Origin: a virus | Lineage: Duplodnaviria > Caudoviricetes | Direction: 5' to 3' (one strand) | Virus record (IMG/VR): IMGVR_UViG_3300027863_000056 | Coordinates: 1-46,212 of that record | DNA length: 46,212 nucleotides | Part shown: in pieces, positions 46,090 through 46,212 of the stretch | Layout: each line of letters starts with the position of its first letter | How positions within the stretch are numbered: the stretch's first letter is position 1 | The notes under the pieces: generated by a model | What the model saw: the letters and a program-made list of their open reading frames with translations, nothing else | What the model was told of the DNA's origin: nothing | The model's database searches: none | Made by a program: the position numbers and the translations under genes

Positions 46090-46212
46090 TCATACTGGTA
46101 CTGCGCAAGGGCAGTGCCTGCTATCTGCTGATAGTTCTGGCAATTATCGCTCGGGTCGGGAGTAATACTGATCGGACGGGCTGTAGAACAGATCACACTT
46201 TTTATTTTTCCA
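46090..46212. other. 123 bp of foreign-looking sequence (host flank or chimera)
   Basis: About 48% GC by hand count, against AT-rich surroundings; an open minus-strand frame runs into the junction. Confidence 0.6.

Noticed and set aside
1-46212. Genome-wide TAG or TAA reassignment
   Set aside because: Coding density is already high under code 11, long genes are intact, TAA is the main stop and TAG ends genes at 1190 and 17261

Overview
A near-complete, circularly permuted ~46 kb genome of a tailed dsDNA phage, probably siphovirus-like. The host is most likely in Bacteroidota, judged from TTTG-N20-TAnnTTTG promoters, '...AQ' signal peptides and acidic post-Cys lipoproteins. Bases 1-127 recur exactly at 45963-46089 and are followed by 123 bp of foreign-looking sequence. 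Almost all genes are on the minus strand. Read right to left: a divergent RHH/HTH switch, an early region (ERF, hexapeptide-repeat protein, DNA MTase, replication initiator with iterons, RlmN-like radical SAM enzyme, YopX x2, HNH, ASCH, two RMF-like genes, two tRNA-like elements), TerS/TerL, tail chaperone with a -1 frameshift, tape measure and tail-tip genes, portal and minor head protein. A 4.6 kb cluster of five glycosyltransferase-like genes plus an FkbM methyltransferase then precedes the scaffold, capsid, tail tube, neck genes, signal-peptide-bearing fibre-like proteins, and a lysis cassette ending in a cold-shock gene. No integrase is recognisable. Best leads: a virion-glycosylation cluster in the head operon; virion-type proteins with Sec signal peptides; a Cys-rich virion next to a membrane CxxC protein; an RlmN-like enzyme lacking the resolving Cys; three genes, including the portal, that continue in frame past a stop; and XerD-arm-like sites at the junction. 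All calls come from reading motifs and synteny by eye; no database searches were run.
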